This document shows positions 47,475 to 58,123 of a DNA stretch of 64,000 nt, piece after piece (position 1 is the first letter of the stretch; each line of letters starts with the position of its first letter). Location: positions 128,637-192,636 of the forward strand of contig JBFMAK010000001.1 in assembly GCA_040755695.1 (NCBI GenBank). The letters are read 5' to 3'. This stretch comes from Candidatus Iainarchaeum sp. GTDB lineage: Archaea; Iainarchaeota; Iainarchaeia; Iainarchaeales; 1-14-0-10-31-34. Under the pieces are notes generated by a model. The model was not told the origin of the DNA. It searched no databases and worked only from the letters and a program-made list of their open reading frames with translations. The position numbers and the translations under genes are program-made.

Positions 47475-48752
47475 TTAAAACTCCATCAGGCTTTTCTGTC
47501 CCATAAATTCTGTCCTGCACTCCAATTGGTTGTGCAACTCTTTTTTCTTTTTCTCGAACTCTTTTTCGTCCTTGCAGATTATTGGTCTTCCATAATTTCC
47601 TCCGCCTCCTGGAATGTATAATACAAAGCCTTTCCTGAAAGAGTCAATCTTTGAGGCGGCATCTGCATTCAATTCTTTTAGGTTCTCAATTGGCTCGTCA
47701 ATCAAAACATTTATTTCTGAGCCAAACTTTTTCACGAACTCAAGCCACAAATCCTGCACTGGCTCTGAGGTAACATCTTTTGCTTTAAGCGAGTCCTGGA
47801 TTATTTCAGCCAAGGCAAGCAAGTGCAGGTAAGGAGGCCTGAATTTTGGATGCATTTCCTCAGAAAAATTCGAGAGCATTAAAATCCTGTCTCTCACTCC
47901 GCGCTTTATTGAGGAAGAGCATTTAGTGCACTTCCATTTAAGCCTTAAAGCATCATCCAATGAATATTTGGTGAAGCAATTGCTGCATGCAGTGCAATGG
48001 TATTTTCCCTCCCTTGGATTAAGCCCTGCATTCAATGTAATTAGCCCTTCCTCCCTGTCCTCTAATGCATTCTTTAATTCCTTGAAAGAAGGTTCTTTCA
48101 TTTTAATTCTAGTGAATTCCCTTCCAAGCCTGTAAGGCCAAGGGCTGTGGGCGTCCGAGAATGTCACGAACTGGTAGTTATGGTTTTCTTCAATTAAATC
48201 AGCAAAATAAGAGTCAGCGCTCAAGCCTAACTCAATGAAACTAATTCTTCCAATCTGCTTTCCATAGCATTGCTTTAATGAATCAAAATGAGCATAAACA
48301 CCAAAGTATGGAGTGAAAGCATGGCTTGGGCCAATAATCCCTTTTGAATCAAAAACTATTTCCGCAATCCTTTCAGCATTAAGCCTAATCCTCGGTCTTC
48401 CGCCACCAAAAGAATCCATGTCAGAGGAATACTTCTTCAACTCTTTTTTTGCTTCAAGCACTGAATTAAAGTCAGGAAAGTAAAGCAAGTGATGCACTCT
48501 ATCAGAGTCCTGCACCTCAGTTCCCAGAATGAAATTAATTGAATTGCCTTTAAACTTGAGTATTCCATTCTCTTCTTCCACTAAATTCTCCTTCACGTGC
48601 TCAAACCATTTTTCGTGCAATATATCAGAAGAAGAAAGCAAGTGAAGGCCTTTCAATTCAGCCTGCTCCGCAATTACAGGGACAAGCATGTTCTTTGAGA
48701 CCCCCCCAGAATAAAGGCCGTGATAATGCAGGTCGCAGTTCAATTCAGGCAT
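47475..48752 (-). CDS. Endonuclease Q-like PHP-domain protein (TIGR00375 type)
   Basis: DLHYHGLYS, HHL, PSHAFTP, ELGLSAD, SDAHS, LGRE, GKYH.TAC..C, PGGGG.YG; C-terminal PIP QKSLMEF. Confidence 0.9.
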   Translation of the reverse strand: MPELNCDLHYHGLYSGGVSKNMLVPVIAEQAELKGLHLLSSSDILHEKWFEHVKENLVEEENGILKFKGNSINFILGTEVQDSDRVHHLLYFPDFNSVLEAKKELKKYSSDMDSFGGGRPRIRLNAERIAEIVFDSKGIIGPSHAFTPYFGVYAHFDSLKQCYGKQIGRISFIELGLSADSYFADLIEENHNYQFVTFSDAHSPWPYRLGREFTRIKMKEPSFKELKNALEDREEGLITLNAGLNPREGKYHCTACSNCFTKYSLDDALRLKWKCTKCSSSIKRGVRDRILMLSNFSEEMHPKFRPPYLHLLALAEIIQDSLKAKDVTSEPVQDLWLEFVKKFGSEINVLIDEPIENLKELNADAASKIDSFRKGFVLYIPGGGGNYGRPIICKDEKEFEKKKKELHNQLECRTEFMGQKSLMEF

Positions 48753-48799
48753 AAAAAACCACAATAAATTAAAGATGAAAATACATATAATTGTATTAG

Positions 48800-49825
48800 G
48801 TGAAATTAATGCCTGAAAAAGAACTGCATGAAGCGCTCTTCTGGAAGAAGGAAAAGGACGGAAGAATTAAGTGCAATGCCTGCCAGCGCAATTGCCTTAT
48901 TGCAGAAGGGAAGACAGGATTCTGCAGGGTGCGCAAGAATATTGATGGAAGGCTTTACTCCCTTGTGTACGGAAAGACCTTGACCTTGGAGGTCGACCCA
49001 ATAGAGAAAAAGCCTTTGTTTCACTTCAAGCCAGGCTCTCAGTGCACTGGGGTAAGCACTTACGGCTGCAATTTCTCCTGCCTGCACTGCCAGAACTTCC
49101 ATATTTCACAGAAATTCACTGAAGAAATGATTGAGAAAGTTCCATTCACTTCCCCAAAAGAAATTGTAGAACAAACATTAGAATTGGGAGTGCAGGGGAT
49201 TGCCTACACTTACACTGAGCCCACAATATTCATTGAATATGCCTTGGACACAATGAAGGAAGCAAAGAAATTCGGCTTGTACAATGTTTTTGTCTCAAAC
49301 GGCTACATGAGCGAGGAACCCCTCCAGGCCGTAAAGCCTTTCTTGGATGCAATTAATGTTGACCTGAAAGGGAACCAGAAATTCTACCAGGAAGTCTGCG
49401 GTGGAGTGAGAGAGAAGGGGGTAAAGAATACAATTAGGTGGCTTTACAAGAACAGGATTCACGATGAAGTAACCTATCTTATAATCCCAGGCTTTAATGA
49501 CAAGGAAGAATACTTCAGGGAGGCAGCGGAATTCATTCTTTCTTTAAGCCCTTCAATTCCATTGCATTTCTCGCGCTTTTATCCAATGAACAAGCTGGAT
49601 TACCTTCCTGCAACAGACCCAAAGACTGTCCTCAAGGCAAAAGAGATTGCAGAGGAATTAGGCCTGAAATATGTTTATGCAGGCAACCTGCAGGCTGAAG
49701 AGAATACTTTATGCCCTGAATGCAAGAATTTGCTGGTGAGAAGATACTATTACAATACTGAAATGCCTGGCATGCAAGAAGGCAAGTGCTCGAAGTGCGG
49801 CTCAAAAGCTGACATGATTTTCTGA
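48800..49825 (+). CDS. AmmeMemoRadiSam-type radical SAM enzyme
   Basis: C..C...C, DPIEKKPLFHF.PG, GCNFSCLHCQN, YTYTEP, HFSRFYP. Confidence 0.9.
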   Translation: MKLMPEKELHEALFWKKEKDGRIKCNACQRNCLIAEGKTGFCRVRKNIDGRLYSLVYGKTLTLEVDPIEKKPLFHFKPGSQCTGVSTYGCNFSCLHCQNFHISQKFTEEMIEKVPFTSPKEIVEQTLELGVQGIAYTYTEPTIFIEYALDTMKEAKKFGLYNVFVSNGYMSEEPLQAVKPFLDAINVDLKGNQKFYQEVCGGVREKGVKNTIRWLYKNRIHDEVTYLIIPGFNDKEEYFREAAEFILSLSPSIPLHFSRFYPMNKLDYLPATDPKTVLKAKEIAEELGLKYVYAGNLQAEENTLCPECKNLLVRRYYYNTEMPGMQEGKCSKCGSKADMIF

Positions 49826-49848
49826 ACTAATTTTTCTGAATTTTCTTG

Positions 49849-50151
49849 TTAAACTGCACCCAAGAACTTGAGTACAACCATTACCCCTAATCCTGCCAGA
49901 CCGAAAATTACTGTCACAATTAAGGTTGCAATGAATGGGAGTTCAATGTGAAAGACAAAATGAATTATTGCCCATGCAATCAGTCCAAGAACAGTATTTG
50001 CAATCAAATGCTTTAAAACAAAGAATATTACTACTGCGGCAATAATGAAAATTATGCCTGCAAGCAGTATCATCCAGTTGCCTGCAAGGACGTTTGATAC
50101 AGCGCCTTGGGCTGTATTGGCTGCATTGACTGCTTCTCCAACTAAAAACAT
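49849..50151 (-). CDS. Small membrane protein (BofA-like pattern)
   Basis: Three hydrophobic helices, LIANTVLGL...IFGLAG. Confidence 0.6.
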   Translation of the reverse strand: MFLVGEAVNAANTAQGAVSNVLAGNWMILLAGIIFIIAAVVIFFVLKHLIANTVLGLIAWAIIHFVFHIELPFIATLIVTVIFGLAGLGVMVVLKFLGAV

Positions 50152-50210
50152 ATTAATTCAATTAATGGCTCAAAAAGCTTTTTAAACGCTTTACAGGGAA
50201 TCATAATTAT

Positions 50211-50846
50211 ATGGTCAAGTACACTGACACCCAGAAAAGGATTGCCTTGCTCTTAATGCATGAGCCCAAGACTGTTGAAGAATTAAGCAATCAATTGAAT
50301 ATTCCTTACGACGAATTAATGGAAGAACTAAAGCCAATGCTTAAACTGGAATTAGTGGAAAAAGAAGGCTATCCAACAAAATACAGGCTGAAACAACACA
50401 TAAAAGAAGAAGTAAAAAGAAGAAAAGAGCTCTCAGAGGAAGACAAAAACAAGCTAAGGCTCCTGGCAACAATTGAAGTGCAGGCAATAGAAGAAGAACT
50501 CCTAAAAAAACAATTAAAAGAAATAAAAGAAGCAATGATGAAAGAAGAAGACTTCCTGATTTACGACATAAGAGAAGCAGAGGCAGTAAAGCAGAATGAG
50601 TATCAATCAAGCTTCCTTGAAGTAAACCTGAGCGTAAAAGACTTCAGGGCACTAATGAGGCTTATGTTCCTGTACGGCCCAGTGGCAGTGGAAGTCCTTA
50701 AACCCCAAAAATTCGAGACAACAATGGACGACCTTCAGGATGGCCTGATGGCAGTAGTGGAAATTGTTCATACTTACACAGACTACATAGCAAAAAAAAT
50801 GAGCAGGGAGGAACTAGAGGAATTCACGCGCAAGCTTTACAGCTGA
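50211..50846 (+). CDS. Winged-helix domain protein
   Basis: PKTVEELSNQLNIPY...L...L.LV wHTH; C-terminal YGPVAVEVL domain. Confidence 0.75.
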   Translation: MVKYTDTQKRIALLLMHEPKTVEELSNQLNIPYDELMEELKPMLKLELVEKEGYPTKYRLKQHIKEEVKRRKELSEEDKNKLRLLATIEVQAIEEELLKKQLKEIKEAMMKEEDFLIYDIREAEAVKQNEYQSSFLEVNLSVKDFRALMRLMFLYGPVAVEVLKPQKFETTMDDLQDGLMAVVEIVHTYTDYIAKKMSREELEEFTRKLYS

Positions 50847-51116
50847 ATTTTCATTAAAAATTTTTTCATAATTTTTCATACAAAAAATTCTACCTGTAAT
50901 GCCCTAAAAAAAGCCCAAAAATGTCTTCGTGGATTGACTTAAAGCCCTTCAGCAATCACTCAAAAAAATACCTTCTTTTTAAAGCATTAAATTTCCGAAA
51001 GCGCAATGTATTTAAATAAAACCCGGCAATCAATAATACAAGCCTAAGGAAAAACATCCTTGGACTTGTTTTTTATTTTTCCACAAATGACTAAAAAATG
51101 TGAGGTGAAAAAACAC

Positions 51117-54035
51117 ATGAAAAGTCTAAACATAAAAAAGCTTGCTGCAATAGCTGCAGGGCTTGCCTTAACAGGAATGGCAGTAGCACCTATTGTAACA
51201 GCAGCAGCCTCTGATATCACGAAAAGCGACTTAGTAAACACAGACGGAACACCAAGTGTGGACATAGTAGTCGGAAAGAAAGCAAAAGCTTCTGATATCG
51301 TGTGGGCTGGCAATATTGCGGCAGCACTAGCACAAAAAGCATACACAGACTCAACAGTGAGCACTACAGTATCAGGCGGAGGAACAGTTCCAAATGTAGA
51401 AGGACTGACAGTAGACCTAACAGTAGGCGGAACAGTAACAGTATCAGGCGGAAAGACATTCTACAACATAATGTACTCAGGAACTAGTGGTACTTTACAA
51501 GAACCAAACTTTTCAAACCAGTTAGTAACAAATGCAAATATACCTTCGCTGAAATATTACGGAAACAAATCTTACAGTTGGAATGCAGTCTCCTACTCAA
51601 CAACAATGCAGGAAAGACTTGCATTCACCGCAGATGTATTGTTTGAACCATCAGGAAGCTACAAAGGACTTCAATCAAAAATCCAGAGCAATGGCTTAAG
51701 ATATAACCTAAACTTAGGTTCAGGAATACCTAAATGTGAAGGAACTGGTTTACCAACTTGTTTGGCCTTCGCTGACGACTCAAACGATAACATTAGAATT
51801 CCATTCTTTGGAGAGGATTACCTAGTAAAAACAGTAGACTACACAAACAATTACGTTCAATTACTTAAAGCGGCAGCAGAAAAGACCTACTCGCCAGGAG
51901 ATAAAATAGCAGACCTGCTGGGAAAAGACGGAGGAAAATACTACGTTGAAGTAGGAACAGGAAGATCAGTTTCAGGAGTAACTAAGATTGAGCTAACGCT
52001 CTACAAAGAAGATGGAACAAAAGTGGCATCAGACAGGTTTTCCACAGGAGATGTAGTCTTCTATGATGATAGCGGAAATGTGGTTTTAGCTACATTATTA
52101 AACATAAGCGAAATAGGCACAACAACAGGAACAGATGGAGCAACAGTTTATTTCCCAGTAATCCTGACAGGCTCAGACAGACTTTTAATATATAACGCCA
52201 AGGGTTATCCATATGATTCAACAAAAACAGATGACAGCTACGATTGGTTTGCAGCATTAACCTGGGGAACAGGCTCAGATGTAAACAAACTATTGGATAT
52301 CAACGTTTACAATACTTCACAAAATATTTATACTGGGTCAAAAGCACTTTCACCAGGAAAAGAAGCATCATTCCCAAACAATTGGGGTTCAGTTAAATTC
52401 TTAGGCCTACAGTTACCAGAATTTTCAACAAACGGCGTTTCAAAAACAGAAAGAACAACGGGAATTACAGTGGGCGGAGGAAATGTGATTTACAGGGATT
52501 CAACATACGAGGCAGAACACACACTTCCTTTCTATAAAAGATTTACAGACCTGTCCAATGATTCAGTAACAGCCGGTCTCACAATAGACGGAAAAACAAT
52601 TTACTCAAAAATAAACTTTAATGATGTAAACATACAGGGTTCAAGTACAGCTGACGGTTCAACAGGAAGATTTGAGTGCATAGGTGACGGAAACTATGTT
52701 AACGGAATACTAGTAAAAATGACCTTTACCACAGACCAGAACACTCCAGCTACTTTTTGGACAACCAATGATGGTCCTATTTCAGATGTAAATGTTGGCG
52801 AAATAGTAAGGGTAGCTGACCAAGTATTCAAGGTAAGCGGTAAAGCCCCAACAGCGCCAGAGAAATGCATTTACCTGACAGCAGACGGAAATGTTACATT
52901 CAGAAAAGACTCAAGTACAGGATCCTTAATCCAATACTGGTATTATGCGGATGCAAACCTGTCAAATGATAACAACGCAGGAAATGACAGAACTGCAAAT
53001 ACAGATCCAGCAATTGGCTTTGAAGGCTTAAGCAGTGTAACACACTATTACAGGGTAATGGTTGACGAAACGTCTGCTAACAGTGCAGGGACATTATGGC
53101 TGCTGTTGGACGGAATGAGAGCTTACACAGGACAATACAGTAAGTCATGGCAGCTCGTTGGAACAGACTTTGTCGAAGGAAGAGCCTTTGGTGCATCAGA
53201 CTCAAACTATGCATGGAGAGGGGTGTATGTACCACACGACACTTACATGCCGGCATACCTAGAAGGCGATGTAAACTACAGTTCTCAAGAATTCCTGGTA
53301 GCAAACTTTAGAATAGATGAAGATGAAGACGGAGTCTACGATATGAACGTCTTTATTGCCACAGAAACTGGAGATTTAGTACAGCCAACAGCCTGTAACA
53401 CCAACATAAGCAGTTACACTTATGAGGCGGACTGGAATGGAGCTCTTTCAAATAAGTGGATGAGCGCTTGCGCCAGTTTGACTTATCCTTCAGACATCTT
53501 CACAGACTTTGGAACTCACGCAAAGGAAGAAGCTTCTACCTCATACAAAAAGTATGTGGCAGTAGTACCAGAGAACAGGCCTCAAGCAGAAATACTGGTT
53601 GCAGGAACAGGAACAACAGAGGTAACAACAGGCGGAGAGTCCTTCACAGGAAAAGCAAAGGGAGACACTGTAACAACCACTTCAGGAACAACAGTAACAA
53701 TCGATGACATCAAGTATTCCAACGCTACCTGTACAGGAGAGGGAGGAGCAGCACTCTGTACTGCAACACCTTCAACCTATAAAGCAATGGCTTCAATTCC
53801 AACAGACTTTGTCAAATTGGACAGCGATGCAGGAACAGGCGCACATGTCATCATAGGTGGATGGAAAGTGAACACCCTTGCTGCAGACATTGTAGGAATA
53901 CAAGACAAGCTGGCAAAGAAAGGCGATTACATTGTAGAGAAAGACGGAGACAATGTAGTTGTCGCAGGATACACTGCAGCAGACACAATGACAGCAGCAC
54001 AAGCTTTGATCACGCAAATAGAGACTTTCTCCTGA
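51117..54035 (+). CDS. S-layer protein
   Basis: MKSLNIKKLAAIAAG signal; IVVG..A.ASD...A..IAA N-terminal and IIGG..VN..A...VVAGY.A.DT..AA C-terminal S-layer motifs; GAGGTGA SD; codon bias typical of high expression. Confidence 0.9.
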   Translation: MKSLNIKKLAAIAAGLALTGMAVAPIVTAAASDITKSDLVNTDGTPSVDIVVGKKAKASDIVWAGNIAAALAQKAYTDSTVSTTVSGGGTVPNVEGLTVDLTVGGTVTVSGGKTFYNIMYSGTSGTLQEPNFSNQLVTNANIPSLKYYGNKSYSWNAVSYSTTMQERLAFTADVLFEPSGSYKGLQSKIQSNGLRYNLNLGSGIPKCEGTGLPTCLAFADDSNDNIRIPFFGEDYLVKTVDYTNNYVQLLKAAAEKTYSPGDKIADLLGKDGGKYYVEVGTGRSVSGVTKIELTLYKEDGTKVASDRFSTGDVVFYDDSGNVVLATLLNISEIGTTTGTDGATVYFPVILTGSDRLLIYNAKGYPYDSTKTDDSYDWFAALTWGTGSDVNKLLDINVYNTSQNIYTGSKALSPGKEASFPNNWGSVKFLGLQLPEFSTNGVSKTERTTGITVGGGNVIYRDSTYEAEHTLPFYKRFTDLSNDSVTAGLTIDGKTIYSKINFNDVNIQGSSTADGSTGRFECIGDGNYVNGILVKMTFTTDQNTPATFWTTNDGPISDVNVGEIVRVADQVFKVSGKAPTAPEKCIYLTADGNVTFRKDSSTGSLIQYWYYADANLSNDNNAGNDRTANTDPAIGFEGLSSVTHYYRVMVDETSANSAGTLWLLLDGMRAYTGQYSKSWQLVGTDFVEGRAFGASDSNYAWRGVYVPHDTYMPAYLEGDVNYSSQEFLVANFRIDEDEDGVYDMNVFIATETGDLVQPTACNTNISSYTYEADWNGALSNKWMSACASLTYPSDIFTDFGTHAKEEASTSYKKYVAVVPENRPQAEILVAGTGTTEVTTGGESFTGKAKGDTVTTTSGTTVTIDDIKYSNATCTGEGGAALCTATPSTYKAMASIPTDFVKLDSDAGTGAHVIIGGWKVNTLAADIVGIQDKLAKKGDYIVEKDGDNVVVAGYTAADTMTAAQALITQIETFS

Positions 54036-54062
54036 ATTAAAAATTGAATAGGCTTCAGCCTA

Positions 54063-54102
54063 TTCTTTTTTTCCTTTTTTTTATTTTCTTAATTTTTGTT
54101 TT
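54063..54102 (+). terminator. Oligo-T tract after the S-layer gene
   Basis: ttcttttttt cctttttttt... directly downstream of the stop. Confidence 0.45.
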
Positions 54103-54178
54103 ATGGCTAATTAAAGCGATTATTAAAAAAAGTTTTCCCACCAGAAATTCTTTTTATGATTTTTTTGGGTGGACTGCC

Positions 54179-54811
54179 TTGAAAAAAACAGCAAAAAAGT
54201 GGGCCATTTTTTCGGCAATTGTGGTTATTGCAATTGTTTTGGTTCTTGTGGCAATTTTTCTGTTCCCTGAAAAAGGGCAGTATTACTTGTACAAGGAGGA
54301 AGCTGAAGGCATTGTGTTTGAATCAAATTATTTTTCCCAGCCGATAGAGTATATTAGGGGGCTGAACAGCTATTACATTTACTTGATTGTGAATGATTGG
54401 ACTGAAGGCCAGGAGAACAGTGACGCAATCAATTCAGTGAATACTGCTTTTGTTGCTGTTCTGAATGCAAAGGACAAGAATGTTGTCAGCGTAATAAAGG
54501 TTTACGACGATAAAGGAAATTTTGCTTACTGCCAGACCAATTTAGGCCAGAAAAGGGAGAACAAGCAGATAACAGCAGAGGAATGCAATTCCCTGCTTTT
54601 GCAGGAGGACGCAATAAAATTTATGTTCACCAAACCTGACCCTAAATTAAAGAAACCAGAAATAATAATAGAGAAAAATTATTTGGTGACAGTGAAAGCA
54701 AACACTGAAAGCGAGATGATTCGAACAGCTTATTTATTGCTCAAGGCAATGTATCCTGATGCAGACACAATAATCCAGAACGTCAATTCTGTAGCAGGAA
54801 AAGTGAAATAA
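54179..54811 (+). CDS. Membrane-anchored hypothetical protein
   Basis: Single N-terminal TM; start uncertain (ORF track start 54044 runs through the T-tract). Confidence 0.65.
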   Translation: MKKTAKKWAIFSAIVVIAIVLVLVAIFLFPEKGQYYLYKEEAEGIVFESNYFSQPIEYIRGLNSYYIYLIVNDWTEGQENSDAINSVNTAFVAVLNAKDKNVVSVIKVYDDKGNFAYCQTNLGQKRENKQITAEECNSLLLQEDAIKFMFTKPDPKLKKPEIIIEKNYLVTVKANTESEMIRTAYLLLKAMYPDADTIIQNVNSVAGKVK

Positions 54812-54827
54812 AAAAAAGGTTTTTTAA

Positions 54828-55850
54828 TTGGAGGAATTAATCCAGAAAAGCATTGTCTCCCTCATCCTTGTCCTTGCAGTAATTGGAATAATTGCCTTTT
54901 ACACTAATGCAGCCAAGTCTTTAGTCAAACTCGGGTTCAATAACCTCATATTTTTTACACTGGCATGCATTTTCTTTCTTTTGGGAGTGCTCTTATGGGT
55001 TATTTCATGGGCTTTCCTTGTAAGAAAATTTACTCCAATTTCCTATAAAAATCTTTTCCTTGTGGGGTTTAGCTCTCTTTATGGAGCCCTGACGCCAGTG
55101 CAATTAGGCACTGACGCATTGCGTTCAATAAGCCTGAAAAAGCACTTTCAGCTTTCATATTTCAAGTCAATTGCCGCAAGCATGACAGCAAAAGGAACTA
55201 AATTTCTTGTAATTGCAATAGTGTTCATCTTGGTCATACTGATGTTTTTGTCCAGGCAGGTCATAGACTCGGTTATCTTCTTTAGTCTAATAAGCGGCTT
55301 CATTGTAATACTGCTGGCAAGCACTTTATTCCTTCTGCCGTTGAATAAAAGAATAAGCATAAAGCTATCGCAGTTTTTCAAAAGGCTTGGAAGGATAATT
55401 CCATTATTTGAAAAGATAGGGAAATTCTTTTTGGATTATTCCAGTTACATGAAAAAGTTTTCGTTAAACGCAATAATCTATGTTTTCCTTTTAGGCTTTT
55501 TATCATGGGTTTTTGAATTCCTTGCACTGCAATTCACCTTCTTTGCAGTCCTGCCTGAAGAAAAGAATTTAGGCCTTATTCCAATACTTGTGCTCTTCGT
55601 GTTAATTTCAGTTTTGGAGAGAACGCCTTTCCTTCCAAGGGGCATAGGGGTAGTGGAATTCATTGGCTTCACTTACCTTAACATGGTTTCAAGGCTTGTG
55701 ACCTCACTCCAGGTGAGCCAGATAGGCGCAGTACTAATTCTTTACGATGTTGTAAGGCTGATTATTCCAACAATCTTAAGCTTAATAATTGCATTTGCAT
55801 TCAAGGTGGAAGCCAAAGAATCAGAACTTCATCATTCCAAAAAATATTAG
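54828..55850 (+). CDS. Flippase-like / lysylphosphatidylglycerol synthase TM domain protein (UPF0104)
   Basis: LTP.QLG.D..R, PFLPRGIGVVE; many TMs. Confidence 0.82.
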   Translation: MEELIQKSIVSLILVLAVIGIIAFYTNAAKSLVKLGFNNLIFFTLACIFFLLGVLLWVISWAFLVRKFTPISYKNLFLVGFSSLYGALTPVQLGTDALRSISLKKHFQLSYFKSIAASMTAKGTKFLVIAIVFILVILMFLSRQVIDSVIFFSLISGFIVILLASTLFLLPLNKRISIKLSQFFKRLGRIIPLFEKIGKFFLDYSSYMKKFSLNAIIYVFLLGFLSWVFEFLALQFTFFAVLPEEKNLGLIPILVLFVLISVLERTPFLPRGIGVVEFIGFTYLNMVSRLVTSLQVSQIGAVLILYDVVRLIIPTILSLIIAFAFKVEAKESELHHSKKY

Positions 55851-56780
55851 CCAGAAAACGCAGTTCACTGCAACAATAATCCAAATAATTGCAACAACCT
55901 GCCATTCCTTTAATGGCCCAAAAATTTTTATTACAAGCTTGGCAAAATCATATCTGATTCTTTTGTCCTTATAGGAAGGAATTGCAAGCCTTTCATTTCC
56001 CAGGACCTTGTAAGGCCTTGTCTTGGCCTGCGAAGGGTCCCTCATATTTGTAAGAAGCTTAAGAACAAAAAAGTCTATTATGTGAGGCAAATAAAAAAGC
56101 AATAGAAGAATCATAAAATAATAATTTTTTTGCATTACAAACAGTGCAGCAACTGCAGAGCCAAACAATAGAGTGCTTGAGTCTCCTGGAAAAACCCTTG
56201 CAGGAAAGCGGTTGAATAAAAGTAGGCCAAGAATCAATCCTGACAGAATCAAAGCCAAAGGCAGGAACTGCGTTGCGGCAAGAAGGAAGACTACTGCAAG
56301 GCTGATAATGTAAGTGCTTCCAACCTCCCAGCCATTCAATCCTGCAAAAGTATTATGGAGAGAGGCAATGAGCGCAATATATAGCGCCAATGGAATGACC
56401 CAATAAATTGAGGGCGCAAAAAAGAAAGCAAAAGCAAGGGAGACAAGGGCAATAGGGATTGCCCTTACAGCCCAGGGAATTGTTTTTGCTGCCCATTTAT
56501 GCTTTGTGTCGTCAGCAAACCCCACTAAAGAAAAAACAGAAAGCAGCAGAAGCCAGCCAAGAAAAAGTGGGTTAACATCATTCAAATAAAAAAACAAAAC
56601 CACGGAAGCCCATAATGCAGCAAGGACCACAATTCCTGTTGACTCAGGGGTTTTCCTCTGGTCCAGTTTATTTATGTCAATGCCCAAAGCAAATTTGTTT
56701 TTCCTGCTCCATTTCTCGAAAAAGTGAATGGAAATAATCCCTGTTATCAAAGGAAAAACAAACCAGAAGAGCTCATTCAT
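55821..56780 (-). CDS. MraY/GPT-family polyprenyl-phosphate GlcNAc-1-phosphate transferase (AglH-like)
   Basis: GIDINK, PESTG, GFADD, NTFAGLNG.E, FNRFPARVFPGDS. Confidence 0.88.
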   Translation of the reverse strand: MNELFWFVFPLITGIISIHFFEKWSRKNKFALGIDINKLDQRKTPESTGIVVLAALWASVVLFFYLNDVNPLFLGWLLLLSVFSLVGFADDTKHKWAAKTIPWAVRAIPIALVSLAFAFFFAPSIYWVIPLALYIALIASLHNTFAGLNGWEVGSTYIISLAVVFLLAATQFLPLALILSGLILGLLLFNRFPARVFPGDSSTLLFGSAVAALFVMQKNYYFMILLLLFYLPHIIDFFVLKLLTNMRDPSQAKTRPYKVLGNERLAIPSYKDKRIRYDFAKLVIKIFGPLKEWQVVAIIWIIVAVNCVFWLIFFGMMKF

Positions 56781-58017
56781 TCTTCATCAATTCCCTTAAA
56801 ACTGTTGTAGCGTAATCCCCTTTATTCAATTCAAACGAAATTATTGCCTTTAATTTTCCTTCATTGAACTCGTCTTCCTTTACCTCTAACAATTTAAGGT
56901 TCTTTGGGATTAAAATAATTTTCTTTCTTGCGCCTTTTGAACTCATCTCCTTCATGTCCTTCACGTAAAACTGCTTTAGGGAAAGGCCTTCCTCCCCCAA
57001 AACCTTTTTTTCTATTTCCCCTGCTTTCCCTGAAGCGAATACTGTTTCAAAGCCGTACAATGGCGCTGAAGGAAAGCCTTCAATCAATACATCCCCTTCA
57101 ACTGCCTTTAATCCAATCCCTTCCTTGATTCTCTCATTTATGACTTTATTGAAAAGGAATGCCTGAAAAGCATGGACAAACAAATACCTTAATCCCTTTG
57201 GCAGGACCCTGAAAGCCCCAATGAAGTCTTCAGGTTTTTTAATTAAATAATTAAGTATTGCCCTCTCATAGCTGTACTTTACAGGGAATTCTTTTACTGC
57301 CCTGCTGAAGTTTCCTGAAGTCTTCAAGTTCTCCCTTGCAATTGTTGCCTGTGCTTCCTCTCTCTCGCTTGTTCTTGTAAGGTAAAGCATTACTGCACCT
57401 TCAAAGTTTCCTCTGACAAATTCTTTGCCCACCAAATGGGTCACCTGCCTTACGCCCCCAAACCTCTGCTCTCCAAAATAATTTGCAATCCCTTCCTTCA
57501 TTTCAGCAATGCAGTCGCTCAACCTCTTTTTTGTTTCAATTTCACTCAATTCAATGTCCCTTACAGTAATTTCAAAGATATTCCCATTAAGGTCTCCTAT
57601 CTCAATTTTTTTTTCACTCCATTCAGGCTCCCTCAGCCTGACAAACTTGCTTTTGAACTGCTCCAATCTCTCAGGATCAGGCCTGTAAAAAGAAATCTTC
57701 TGCGAGGTAATTGCCCTCTTGTCTTTCATTCCTGCATAGCTTATCCTTTTATGGCTCAAGTAATTGAATCTTGCAATCCTTTTTATTGCCTCATTCAAGT
57801 CCAAATTGAATTTTTCCATTGTAAGAATCAGGTAATCTTTTTTCTCGGGGTTTTCTGGGACAATTAAAGGCATGAATTCAGACAATTTTTTTTCATCCAA
57901 TGTAATGCCGCACACTTTTCCATTCAGGCCAATTTCTTTTACATTGAAGTCAGCTATCCTTTGCTTTATCCTGCCCTTGATTCCAGGCGTTGAAGTAGAA
58001 TAAAAATTTTCCTGCAT
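56773..58017 (-). CDS. truD: tRNA pseudouridine(13) synthase
   Basis: DF.VKE, YAGMKDKRAITSQ, GN.F.I..R, NYFGEQRFG, KGDYATTVLRE. Confidence 0.95.
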   Translation of the reverse strand: MQENFYSTSTPGIKGRIKQRIADFNVKEIGLNGKVCGITLDEKKLSEFMPLIVPENPEKKDYLILTMEKFNLDLNEAIKRIARFNYLSHKRISYAGMKDKRAITSQKISFYRPDPERLEQFKSKFVRLREPEWSEKKIEIGDLNGNIFEITVRDIELSEIETKKRLSDCIAEMKEGIANYFGEQRFGGVRQVTHLVGKEFVRGNFEGAVMLYLTRTSEREEAQATIARENLKTSGNFSRAVKEFPVKYSYERAILNYLIKKPEDFIGAFRVLPKGLRYLFVHAFQAFLFNKVINERIKEGIGLKAVEGDVLIEGFPSAPLYGFETVFASGKAGEIEKKVLGEEGLSLKQFYVKDMKEMSSKGARKKIILIPKNLKLLEVKEDEFNEGKLKAIISFELNKGDYATTVLRELMKNE

Positions 58018-58073
58018 TTTAAATCATTTAAATTTTTACTAAAATTTAAATATTTTAGGCAAAGCCTAAAAAT

Positions 58074-58123
58074 TTTCAAAGTTTTGCTTTGAAACTATTT
58101 TCAAGCAAAGCTTGAAATCATTT
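58074..58123. repeat. Second copy of the TTTCAA...TTGAAA palindrome cluster
   Basis: tttcaagcaaagcttgaaa (58099-58117) is identical to 17530-17548; adjacent tttcaaagttttgctttgaaa. Confidence 0.85.

Noticed and set aside
50847..51116. Possible tRNA or ncRNA in the long intergenic region before the S-layer gene
   Set aside because: No cloverleaf or GC-rich stems visible; best explained as terminator plus promoter and leader.
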